From contig OX597817.1 in NCBI GenBank assembly GCA_951406725.2, positions 147,994,001 through 148,058,000 of the forward strand: DNA of 64,000 nt, given 5' to 3'. This document shows, piece after piece, positions 27,710 through 39,748 of the stretch. The position numbers and the translations under genes are program-made. The notes under the pieces are model-generated. The model was not told where the DNA came from and did no database searches. It saw only the letters and a program-made list of their open reading frames with translations. The DNA comes from Octopus vulgaris. Lineage: Eukaryota. Within the stretch, counting starts at the first letter, position 1, and the number at the start of each line of letters is the position of its first letter.

Positions 27710-27865
27710 GACCAGAATTTAAAATTTGTCTCTCTCTCTCTCTCTCTCTCTCTCCCTCTCTCTCCCCCCTCTCTCTCTCTCTCTATAATATATATATATA
27801 TGTATGTGTGTGTGTATGTTTCTATATATATTTATGTGTGTATGTTTTGTTTATATATGTGTATG

Positions 27866-27911
<46 letters not shown>

Positions 27912-28051
27912 TATATATATATAGATATATTCATACATACATACATACATACATACATACATACGGGGTGGCGTCATTTGAAGGCTAAAACAATGCGAAG
28001 CGCATTGTGACCAGCGATGTGTAGCAACATCTGATAGCCTGGGCGGTCACG

Positions 28052-28117
<66 letters not shown>

Positions 28118-28951
28118 ATAGCTCACTAATATGGACAGCTCATAATTATAACACAAAGTGAACCGAAGTGAACAAATGACAATGTATTAATCTAAATAGA
28201 GAAAATGTGGCCGAAGCAACAAAACATTGAAACGTGTACAAGATACAGTAAAAATGATTTCCAGTAAGATATAGAGCAATTACACATACTTTAACGAGTT
28301 CAATAAACAGTTTTAATCCTGAGATTAAGACAGGGAACATTGTCGGATATAAACGTACCGAAGAGAATCAGACGAAATTATAAGCCACAAATAAAGAAAA
28401 AGAGGAAAAGGAAATGTTTAATATAATCTCGTTTTAATATTTCAGAACCTGTTCTTGCCTATATATGAATATATAATGATTTGGGGACTTCATCCGTTAT
28501 CAACGCCAGAACAAGTTCCGTCTTCAGCGCACCCGAGCTACTAGCCTTGCATCAAGACAGCCTTTTTTCCACTTTACTTTCTAGGCTATTTCGACGGGAC
28601 AATGTTACGGGTAACACAAGACATACCACATGAGAGAAATTCATTGTGGATGTAGTTTGTCACTTTTACGCCTCACTTTTCCTTTCTCTCTAAATCCTCT
28701 CCTTCAAATGAGCATATGTGGAGATCGACCATTATATATAATATATGTTTGTAAACACACATACACACACACACACATATATATATGTAGATAAAATATA
28801 TATATTCATATATATATATATATTCATATATATACATATATATATGTGTGTATATATATATTTGTGTATATATGTATGTATACATGTATTTATATATATA
28901 TATATTTGTGTATATGTTTATATATATATATATATATACATATATATATTC

Positions 28952-28987
<36 letters not shown>

Positions 28988-28989
28988 AA

Positions 28990-29990
28990 AATATGGGGGT
29001 TTAGTTCACAGGTGATCTAAACGACTAGCTACGTTGGTTAAGTACTGTAACGGATTACTAGGACAGAAGGTCATAGCCGAAACGGGAGCTATGAAACCAT
29101 TGTAGATTCCGATATAGCAGATATATAATTGTTAAAGAGGACAACAAACGTTAAGGCAAGACAAACATCTCAAGTGATATACGTTATTATTATTGGAAAA
29201 TTCCAATGCCTTACAGCTGTTTCTGGGATATCGCATAGTATGGGAAATTCCGTCATCGAAAACAAATAGGGAAAATGTGAAGAGTATGGATTAATGAAAC
29301 GATGACATGGAGGACAGGAAAAAAAGAATAAAGTAATGAAGAAAATGAAAAAAAGAAGCATAAATTTCACAGTCCAACTATCCGATAGTGTAGATTGTTA
29401 GTCCATAAGTCCTTAAGTGCAATCCTGTGTAAAATCATGTATGGGTATAGTCTTAATAGTGTGAATATCCAGAGATAAACGCGAACGTATCGAGGTTTCG
29501 TAAGAAAATGGCAGCGGAGGTGGCTATTAAGGGATAAAGAGAAAAATATAATAAGCAGAAAGAGAGGAAGTTATTTATATGAAAGCAGAAGGTACAGAAA
29601 GTGCAGGAGGAAAGCAAGGAATGATGTATATAAAAGTATAATATACAAATTCAAGCAAAAAGTTAAATAAATAAATATATAAGGGTAGATAAGGAGAGAG
29701 GAGGAGGTAAAGGAAGATAGCATAAGATAAAACATAATAAAGTAAAATGAAAGGGATTCAAAGAAAATAACAGGTACCAGTGCTGTTCTAGGTGGCTGGA
29801 GTTGAGGAGGAAATCTGGTAGAAAGTGTTTGCGTCCTTTTTATGGCTAAGATCAGTGGCTGTAGAAATATTTTTAGCTATGGGGGTATGAGTGTAAGTGG
29901 TCGTGAATGGTGTACCCAGTTGAATGTTAAATTATTTTGGAATAAGAGTTACCACTGAATATTAGGGGATTTAATAGGTTAATATTTAGA
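28990..29990 (-). mobile_element. Probable PLE 3' region, non-coding
   Basis: Strand composition mirrors 31800-32720; carries a degenerate HHR at 29205-29262. Confidence 0.45.
29205..29262 (-). ncRNA. Degenerate minimal hammerhead
   Basis: TCGATGA-CGGAAT..ATCCCA-GAAAC-AGCT-GTA; palindromic stem III ACAGCTGT; core mutated. Confidence 0.5.
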
Positions 29991-29994
29991 TATA

Positions 29995-30397
29995 GGCGCA
30001 GGAGTGGCTGTGTGGTAAGTAGCTTGCTAATCAACCACATGGTTCCGGGTTCATTCCACTGCGTGGCATCTTGGGCAAGTGTCTTCTGCTATAGCCCCGG
30101 GCCGACCAATGCTTTGTGAGTGGATTTGGTAGACGGAAACTGAAAGAAGCCTGTCGTATATATGTATATATGTATGTGTGTGTGTTTGTGTGTCTGTGTT
30201 TGTTCCCTAGCATTGCTTGACAACCGATGCTGGTGTGTTTACGTCCCCGTCACTTAGCGGTTCGGCAAAAAGAGACCGATAGAATAAGTACTGGGCTTAC
30301 AAAAAGAATAAGTCCCGGGATCGAGTTGCTCGACTAAAGGCGGTGCTCCAGCATGGCCGCAGTCAAATGACTGAAACTAGTAAAAGAGTAAAGAGTA
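29995..30397 (+). mobile_element. SINE family B, full length
   Basis: Complete head-to-tail match to the other copies. Confidence 0.9.
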
Positions 30398-30398
30398 T

Positions 30399-30977
30399 AT
30401 GAATTCTCCTGCTCCACCCCTCTCCGTTCTAAAGTCTATTGATGAAAGCGTGTCCTACCGGACCTTCTCATTGTCTGCTAATCAAGATTTATTCGATCAA
30501 TATGCTGAATGCAACAACTGTGCCCTACAACGTGCCGGATATAAACATTCAGTTGAATGCCCCCCCCCCATGTGGGACATTCCCCTCTCAACTAAACCCA
30601 GAGCAAAAAAAACAATTTCCAACCCTTTTATTACAAAGGTAACCCCCTACTCACCCCTCCAATAGTCATCCAAATATTGGAGTAGCAAACGACCCCCCCC
30701 CCCAGCTGATAACCTCTAATCCTATATACACCACAACCCACAAAAATAGACACCAACATACATCTCCAAAACCCTATCTCCATCCGGATAACACCGCCCC
30801 GATCAGATTAAATGAACTGGAACCCGAGATGTCATGTGGTTCCACCCCCTTCACTCTTAGCGTCTAGACTCGAGTACCCAAACTCTTCTTCGCCATACTC
30901 GAAAAGCATTTCCCTAAATCAACCCTCTTAGAAATATATTTAATCGCCAATCTATAAAATTGTCCTACTCCACCACC

Positions 30978-31009
<32 letters not shown>

Positions 31010-32725
31010 CATAGCCGGAATTATCGGAAATCCACCCTTACCCTAGTAAATTAACTCAACATAGCCCCCAACTTCATACATGCAAACCCAATGCACCAAC
31101 TGACCCCCTTAACACTAACCCTCATAACTACAACTATAATGCCAATGCTAACATCCGCCCCTTAAATGTACCACAATGCCCAAATATACCTCCTGTCATT
31201 AGAAAGAACATACCAGAGGTTACCACCAGACACAATAATTACCATACCTTACACCCCAACAACACTCTACCCTTAATTACTTGTCAAATGATAACCTTAA
31301 GCACCAACTATAATAACGAACCGAACACCGATTCCTCACTAAATAACCTTTTTCAAGCTCATCCGGAACACTCCTTACAAACCGATGCAGCTGCAGACGC
31401 CCACCGTCCTGTCCTTTAGATACCCGTTGTCTCACTAAAAACATTGTATATAAGTGCGCAGTATCAACTAACAAATGTAACTACATTTACATTGGCTCAT
31501 TACCATCAGCTTCAAAGCTAGGGTGAGTAACCATTACTCTAGCTTCAAATCCCCAACAAAATGCAACAGTACATCGTTATCTGAAATTTTCAGTAAACTA
31601 ACGCTTGATTCAACCTCTTACACTCTATAGTCACTGACGCGAAACCTTACTACGGATATAATAACAGGTGTGCTCTATGCATAGCAGAGGTCATGGCTAT
31701 TTTGCTATCCACAGATTGTCTCAGCATTCACATATTGCAGCAGTATAATATTCATTCGTAAACATCGGGCACTAAATCTATTCTCAAAGTACAAATAATT
31801 ACAATCCCACTCCGCTCTTGTCTCCCCCTTGCTCTCATATATATTTTTCTCACTTATGCAACTTCACTACCACTTCGTATTAAACCTCACATAATATTCG
31901 TCTCTCTTTATAAATCTACTCCATCCCCATCCTACTCCCACCCATAAACTCACAAATACACACGCCTACATACGCCTCCACCACTTTATAGTTACTTTTC
32001 TGTGTCAATTTATGTCTTTCGGCCACTGAAACCTCTCAACTACGAACAAACACTAGCCATGCTTAACCCCTTACGCTGCTTTATTCATGCACACATTATT
32101 TCTCCCTCACGACCAAAAATATTCCCCCCTTCGCCTCCAATTATTCTCTCATCACTTTCCAATTCCACTATTAAATTCTGTAGCTAAACTACTATATTAT
32201 CTACTAGTGACCTGCCCAATTCGTCCTTCATCTCTCTTCCCTAAATATCATTTTATTTTATTTACTTATTTATTATTTTTTCTTTCTCTTCTTTCTTCTC
32301 TTCTTCTAAGAACCTATTTCTCCCTATATTTATACACCTCTCACATACTCTCACTCCACGCATTGAATCCTCTTTGCGTCAACATGTACCTCCTTGTGAC
32401 AATCTAGCCTTCAATGTAATCAAGATATCATTCGCCTGAAGAGTAGCTGGCGGTATATACCACGTGTGGATTTTACCACTTCTGAGATCCCACACACTAT
32501 GAAACATAGGTAGCCCGGACTTTTCCTACTGCATTCCGTTTACCGCGGATGTTACGTTCCAAAACCTCTCGCGATGGGTGAAAATCCTTGAAGTAGAAGA
32601 TGTACTGTACTGTATATTTTTAGAATTAATTTTATAATTTGTATATATTCATTTTATTATAAGTGCAAAACAACACTGCAGAGGAATCTATGTAATCTTA
32701 AACAATAAACTCCGATACGTTTATA
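30399..32725 (+). mobile_element. Penelope-like element, 5'-truncated (RT C-terminus, linker, GIY-YIG endonuclease, 3' pLTR)
   Basis: PP.SVLKSI..SVS.R..SLSAN..LF....N.AL..AGY; WFHP..LEKHFPK..IFNRQSIKLSYS; CSCR...CPL...CL.KNIVYKC.V......YIG...FKAR..NH.SSF; AKPY....RCALC..E. Confidence 0.88.
32433..32516 (+). ncRNA. Hammerhead motif with branched stem II in the PLE 3' region
   Basis: GC-CTGAAGA-GTAG..(two internal hairpins)..CTAT-GAAAC-ATAG-GTA-GC; stem I short. Confidence 0.6.
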
Positions 32726-32846
32726 AATATATATATATATATATATATAATAATAAATATTAGAGAATAAATCCAAATTTACAGGGAAAAATCAGATTTA
32801 GGATTGAATCCAATTTTATAGTAAAATATTATATAATATTAATTAG

Positions 32847-33137
32847 AGACAAAACCACTATTATGCAAATCAAACAAAGAAAGACTTAATCCAATACATA
32901 AAAAATTTTATATAAATTAAATAAAATTAAATCAGCCACTACAATTGTTTCGTGTCTCTTCTAGGGACATTCATCAGGTGGTCTTCAGAGAAGATCTGAA
33001 GACCACCTGATGAATGTCCCTAGAAGAGACACGAAACAATTGTAGTGGCTGATTTAATTTTATTTAATTTATATAAAATTTTTTATGTATTGGATTAAGT
33101 CTTTCTTTGTTTGATTTGCATAATAGTGGTTTTGTCT
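32847..33137. repeat. Perfect palindrome: 143-bp arms with a 5-nt loop (GAAGA)
   Basis: 32847-32989 is the reverse complement of 32995-33137; flanked by (TA)n on both sides. Confidence 0.95.
33003..33048 (+). ncRNA. Minimal type I hammerhead (mirror copy at 32936-32981 on -)
   Basis: CCAC-CTGATGA-ATGTC CCTAGAAGA GACAC-GAAAC-AATT-GTA-GTGG; palindromic stem III ACAATTGT; first stem II pair is A.C. Confidence 0.8.
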
Positions 33138-33174
33138 GTATTTAATATTATATATATATATATATATACACACA

Positions 33175-33992
33175 ACATTATTCTCTTCCTTCAGGGGAAC
33201 CACACACAGCATCTAGTAATATCAGGGAACTAAGAGTAATTGTTTACAAGAATGTCAGATGGAATGCCACATCAGCTATAAAGTCGATTTAACTCGTAAG
33301 ATGAGCTCCTGGATCCCAAGAACATTCCGGTTCAGAGAACAAGGTATCATCATTCCTCTTTTATCCCCATTTGTATGGCCACGCCTCGAATACGACTGCC
33401 CCCTGTGGTCTCCCCATACAAATTTAAACATTTCAAAATATGAATCACCCCAGAGGGCATTCCCTAAAATAATTAAGGGCCTGACTGATCTCGATTTTTG
33501 TGACTACCTTAAAGCATTGAAACTCTGTTCTCTCTAGCGCCGCTGCGAGCGATGCATCATTTGCACGATGTGGAGAATATACAACCAGCATTGCCCGAAC
33601 GACATCAACTTTAGTTTCATTATTCATGCAAGGCTAGGACCACGGGCCACACGTCCACTACCCAATTCAATATCACAACATAAATACACTGCAACACAAT
33701 TTCTTTTCCGCAACAGGCCCTGCCTTATTTAATATTGTTCCCAAACAGATCAAAGTGGAAAAGGATCGCATCACGTTCAAACGGAATCTAGACAAATTTC
33801 TCCAAGGGATACCAGATAATCCAGCTATACTTGGATACAGCTCACTCAACAAGAACTCTATACTTTAATGGGACATGAAACCACAAAACGTGACTTAAAA
33901 AGGATTTAGCTAACCCTATCAGGTGGTGCTATTTAAGTTAGACTTGGCCTGGAACAATCTTCGGTCGAAACATATCTAGGTTATCTAAGTTA
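33175..33992 (+). mobile_element. CR1-clade LINE 3' fragment
   Basis: RTFRFRE..FVWPRLEYDCPLWSPH...ESPQRAF.K.IKGL...LKALKL.SL.RR.ER; tail ATCTAGGTTATCTAAGTT. Confidence 0.85.
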
Positions 33993-34019
33993 AATATATA
34001 TATATATATATATAAATAT

Positions 34020-34810
34020 ATGAATAAATGAAAGAATGGAGTCGAACGAAGATGTTAACAAAATTCCTTTACTCTCGACACATGTTTCGAAGACAGCATA
34101 TTTTCATTCCGAAGGAATAAAGGGTGCATTATGCAATCTTCTCATCAGGAAAGAAAAGGAGCCTCTCTCAACAAGACAAACAAAAATTTCGATGATTGCC
34201 TACATGGTAACCAAAGCGATAATGAGTTTTAAAAAAAAAAATCCGTTATAAGCATTGACGTCAAAAATGGATAGTAGGAGGAAGTAAAAATAGGTAGGGT
34301 ACAGTATGTTTGCTCTATGTATGGAAATGTGTGTGTGTGTGTGTGCTTGTGTTAATGAGTGCGTGTGTTTGTGTGTGTGTGTGTATGTGCGTGTGTATAT
34401 AACTGCATTTGTGTCTGTGTATGTGATTGTGTGTGTGTGAGAGAGAGACACAGACGTCAAAGATAGGTAGTAGTAAGGGAAGATATAAAGGAGTAATAGG
34501 TAGGGAAGGGGAAGTGTACGTTGATTGAAAGAATGTTCGGAGGCTTAGGGAAGAATATCTCTATAGCAGTGGTGTGGACGTGAATCTAATTATTAAAACC
34601 ACAGTGACTATCGTTATCATTTATATAAGTAGAAAGAGTGTTTCTGTCAATGTTTACATTTGTACGATTTTTCTATGAGTGTGTTTACGAGGGGAACCTT
34701 AGCGAAAAGAATATGGAAGAGCTCAGAGTTACAAATGTTACAAAATCTCCTGCCCTTATCAAAAGGAAAGGATACAGACAATATGAACCAATCCAACTTG
34801 AAAGTTATAT
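34020..34810 (-). mobile_element. Penelope-like element, heavily 5'-truncated (GIY-YIG C-terminus plus pLTR)
   Basis: ORF 34647-34889: LDWFILSVSFPFDKGRRFCNICNSELFHILF...LVN..IEK..KCKH; HHR near the 3' end. Confidence 0.82.
34065..34160 (-). ncRNA. Type I hammerhead ribozyme with intact core
   Basis: TCCTTTTCTTTC-CTGATGA-GAAGATTGCATA..TATGCTGTCTTC-GAAAC-ATGT-GTC-GAGAGTAAAGGA; stem I about 12 bp with one mismatch; GUC triplet, predicted cut between 34077 and 34076. Confidence 0.85.
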
Positions 34811-35473
34811 TGAAAATATGCTGTCTTCGAAACATGTGTCGAGAGTAAAGGAATTTTGTTAACATCTTCGTTCGACTCCATTCTTTCATTTATTCATATA
34901 TTTATATATATATATATATATTTAACTTAGATAACCTAGATATGTTTCGACCGAAGATTGTTCCAGGCCAAGTCTAACTTAAATAGCACCACCTGATAGG
35001 GTTAGCTAAATCCTTTTTAAGTCACGTTTTGTGGTTTCATGTCCCATTAAAGTATAGAGTTCTTGTTGAGTGAGCTGTATCCAAGTATAGCTGGATTATC
35101 TGGTATCCCTTGGAGAAATTTGTCTAGATTCCGTTTGAACGTGATGCGATCCTTTTCCACTTTGGGAACGATGGATGGTTTGTACATATTTGGTTATTGT
35201 AGTAAATTTGACGTCGCTACATAAAAAGAAATATGGAATGGCTATTATTAATTCTTTGTCTTCTCTATCACGCTGCGTGCAAAAGCAATATAACTGAAAC
35301 ACAACACAGATTAACAATATAGAATGGTGACGAACTATAACCTCCGATCCTACTATACGAATACACAGACTTCTTTACTAATCTGAATAATATCGTTAGT
35401 CTGGTGTACTAACAGAGAGCTTATGGAGTATTATGCATAGATTGATAATCCCTCACTAATAACTCTCTCCCTC

Positions 35474-35512
<39 letters not shown>

Positions 35513-35543
35513 GTCAATCTATCTCTCTCTTTCTCTCTCTCCC

Positions 35544-35605
<62 letters not shown>

Positions 35606-35819
35606 ATAATATACGTATATATCATAATATATTTTATCATAAATAGATAGGAATATAGCAGAAACTGCACTGAATTTGAGGAATTTGTCACAAATTAAAA
35701 AATTAGGAAGGGAAAATAAAAAACGGGAGAAGATTTAAGGGCAGAAAAAGAGAGAGAAATAGAGGGAAAGGATGTAGAGGGAGGAGGAGAGGATATAATA
35801 GAAGAAGGAGAAGAAGTAG

Positions 35820-35882
35820 AAAAAGAAGAAGAAGAAGAAGAAGAAGAAGAAGAAGAAGAAGAAGAAGAAGAAGAAGAAGATA

Positions 35883-35914
<32 letters not shown>

Positions 35915-35921
35915 AATGATG
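35820..35921. repeat. Compound (GAA)n(GAT)n microsatellite
   Basis: Direct reading. Confidence 0.95.
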
Positions 35922-36170
35922 ACTATATATTCCTTGTCGGTCAAAGAATACAGAAGGAAACATTTTCTATTTCCGCTTCAATTCTTATCTCTCAAAATAA
36001 TAAAAAAAATGTACTAAACAAATAAATAAATAAATAACAGCAACAACAAATGCATTAAAAAATGTAAATAGAGGATTGAGACATGGATAAATAGAAAGAA
36101 GCTAAGTGAAACTGAGAAAAAGCTTTGATTAAGAGAGGTAGAACCATGGGAAGCGATAGAGAAATTGATT

Positions 36171-36238
<68 letters not shown>

Positions 36239-36239
<1 letters not shown>

Positions 36240-36478
36240 GTTTCTTTATTGGCCACACAGGGCTGCACACAGATGGGACAAGTTACAAGGTAGAGCTTTT
36301 CTTTTGGGGGATGAAAAAAAAGGGGGTGGCGTAGGTTTTCGATCAAGAGGAATCGTAAAAGGGAAGAAAAAAATAATAAATAAAATAAAATAAAAAAAAG
36401 AAAAGGAAAAGGAACAAAAGAAAAGATAAATGAAAAAAGAAGAAAAAAGGGGAAAAAAAGGAGAAGAGGAAAAAAAAC
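36239..36478 (-). mobile_element. Retroelement 3' end inserted in a (GATA)n tract
   Basis: Minus strand ends ...GTGTGGCCAATAAAGAAAC abutting (TATC)n; (GATA)n on both flanks. Confidence 0.55.
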
Positions 36479-36689
36479 GATAGATAGATAGATAGATAGA
36501 TAGGTAGATAGATGGATAGAAAGAAAAGAGAAGGCGAAGAGTTCACCGTTCTTTTGTGCAGAAACAATCAAACCTAGATTATTTATTGTTTGTTGGAAAG
36601 CAGGGTCTTCAGTTTTAGTACAGTTGAATCTCACAAGAATCCAAATTGTATGAACCAATAATACTGACAACTAATGGGAGAAAGTAGAA

Positions 36690-36779
<90 letters not shown>

Positions 36780-36870
36780 TGCAGAAACAACAATGCTTAA
36801 TACATAGATCTGTCGGCTATCCTTAAAACCAAGAACGAAAATGACAGTTACTATAGTAAGTGCATGTGTT

Positions 36871-36959
<89 letters not shown>

Positions 36960-37289
36960 ATGTATATATATACATATATAAATATATATGTATACATATG
37001 GATGTACTGAATATGTGTGTGTGTGTGTGTGTGTGTCTGTGTGCGTATATACAGTAAGTCTGCTTGAATGGACGGCGCGTCTGCTAGTGACGTGTGTACA
37101 ATGATAAGTATTATTAACTTTGTATGTATTTATGCATATTATGCAGGGTTTATGTATTGTGGCTAAAAGCACATGGATCAACAGAATTTACTAAACGGAA
37201 AGAAATGGGGGGAAAAAAAAACAAAAAAGAGAAGTAACTCCCCCCCCATCTACCGTCGCCACCATCACCACCATAATCCTAACGTACCA

Positions 37290-37298
37290 TCAACAAAT

Positions 37299-37353
<55 letters not shown>

Positions 37354-37491
37354 TGACAATAAAAATAAAAATAATAACAATTATATGAAGAAAAGAAGAA
37401 AATGAGAAGAATCTTTATTCACCATCATCATCCGCTTCATCATCGATATTATTGTAACATAAACAATAATAATAATAACAGTAATTACAAA

Positions 37492-37561
<70 letters not shown>

Positions 37562-37627
37562 ATAATAATAATAATAATAATAATGATATTAATATGATTA
37601 AGAATATGAATAAAAATACAAATAACG

Positions 37628-37661
<34 letters not shown>

Positions 37662-37693
37662 CAGTAGTAGTAGTAGCAGCAGTATTATTGTTA

Positions 37694-37735
<42 letters not shown>

Positions 37736-37765
37736 GTAGTAGTAGTAGTAGTAGTTGTAGTAGTA
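37290..37765. repeat. Compound triplet microsatellites (AAT/ACT, then AGT/ATT)
   Basis: Direct reading. Confidence 0.9.
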
Positions 37766-38796
37766 AAAGCAGTAAATGCAATATCGACAACAATACTATC
37801 AACAGTAGCTACAACATCAGAGCGAATATTTACACATATTTCACGTTTAAATGCGCAGCAACATGCATAACTGCTGAAAACACTAAGCACTTTGTATCGT
37901 CAGCTTCAATGAACCCGGATAAACCATTCTCTCCTAAATGGATGTACGTAAAATGACAAAGACACAAAACAATGAAAGAAAAGAAAAAAACCAAATGAAA
38001 GAAAAAAAAATTTCCCAGCAACAACAACAAACAAACAATAAAGAACAATAAGCGCATGACGGAGATAGACGACGAAAAGACAAAAAAAAAAAAAAAAGCA
38101 GATTTCTGAAATGAATGTAATGTAACGTACAAAAGACCAAAGAATGACATAAGAACGTTGGACAAAATACAACAGAATAACAAAAGAAATGTACCTCACG
38201 AAATAAAACGAAAGCCACGGGTATAAAAAAAAAATCAAAATCAATGGCGGTTTGGAACGACCTCACGCTGATCCTAACAAATAGAATCTTGAAAAGTATT
38301 AATGCGAAATAATCATAATAATATGGGCAAGTTGAAAAGGCTTCATGAATGCATACATAAACGTTGAAATTAATTCATTGATATTATAAATTTCTTGTAG
38401 TTTTTACTCGTAAGTAATAGAAAAGTTTGTTTCTCAAGCAAGCATGCAACGAGCATTTACGAATGTAGTTGATGGATGTATGCGTGCATATGTATGCATG
38501 TATGTATGTATGTACTTATGCATCCATGTAAGTATTTACATGTGTATATATCCGTGGATATATGAATATGAATGGACAAATCGCATAGATATACATATGA
38601 ATGAGCATTTGTATGTCTATGTTTTTATGCATGAGTATATCTACACACACACACACACGCACACACGCACATACACACGCACACACGCACACATACATAC
38701 GCACACACACGAACACACACACACACATATATATATATATGATAAACATATGTAAATGTATAAATGTGAGAATCTGTTCATATACATATATATGTA

Positions 38797-38835
<39 letters not shown>

Positions 38836-38864
38836 TTGTATGTGAATATATGTGTGTATATATG

Positions 38865-38903
<39 letters not shown>

Positions 38904-39227
38904 GTATATATATATATGAATATATATGTATATATGTATGTATGTATATACATACATATGTGCACACACAAAGAAAAATATGTGCATAGAAACGTATATG
39001 TCTGCGTGTATGAGCATATCTGCCTTTTTCTGTATATGATAAAGTTGATGTGGCTTATGTCAACAGCAGATGGCAGTTTCAAGTCAAGCAGACAAATATT
39101 CGCATATTTTCTAATCGAAGCAACATGTTTCCGTATGTATGCTATACTCCACCCACAAATACTAGTATACATACATACCTATACTCAAACTTCCACGTGC
39201 ACGTGCACATATTCGTACACATGTCCA

Positions 39228-39289
<62 letters not shown>

Positions 39290-39315
39290 GTATATATATC
39301 TATATACATACATGC

Positions 39316-39348
<33 letters not shown>

Positions 39349-39394
39349 TATATTATATTATATTATATTATATATTATATATATATATGCATAT

Positions 39395-39622
39395 ACAGTG
39401 TGGCCCCCAAAAGTAGGTTTATGTGGCTTATGTCAACAGCATTCATATATTAACAGTTTAGATCTTAATTATGAAAAAATATGAAACAGTTATTCGATGC
39501 TAATTTAGTTAATTATGTGAAGCTCCATTTTCAGTTTGTAAAATAGAAATATGAATGTAATAAAATGTTTTAATAGAAATTTAAAGTGCCTAAGTGATAA
39601 CTGTGTACTTACTTTTGGCCCA

Positions 39623-39625
<3 letters not shown>
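39395..39625. mobile_element. Short Tc1/mariner-type MITE in (TA)n
   Basis: CAGTGTGGCCCCCAAAAGTAGG versus CTTACTTTTGGCCCACCA; TA flanks. Confidence 0.6.
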
Positions 39626-39666
<41 letters not shown>

Positions 39667-39689
39667 TACATATATATATGTATTTATGC

Positions 39690-39748
<59 letters not shown>

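Larger units (their letters stand above)
26590..27722. repeat. Imperfect inverted repeat of about 1.1 kb (arms about 26590-27045 and 27295-27722) with terminal hammerheads
   Basis: Collinear reverse-complement blocks such as GGACGTGAGGAAACGCTAG, CCAGCAAACGGGGAGATCCAA and GGATGTTCTATTATTTTCCA. Confidence 0.9.
33751..35164. repeat. Near-perfect inverted duplication (33751-34106 and 34811-35164)
   Basis: Arms identical by eye except for one TA unit ((TA)10 versus (TA)9). Confidence 0.95.

Noticed and set aside
29060-29110. ATAGC/GCTAT-GAAAC-CATT-GTA on the + strand
   Set aside because: No CTGANGA core and no stem I
29995-30070. tRNA-like A/B boxes in SINE heads
   Set aside because: They continue into SINE bodies; not standalone tRNA genes
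37402-37956. 184-aa ORF
   Set aside because: Mostly triplet repeats; the unique tail has no recognisable domain
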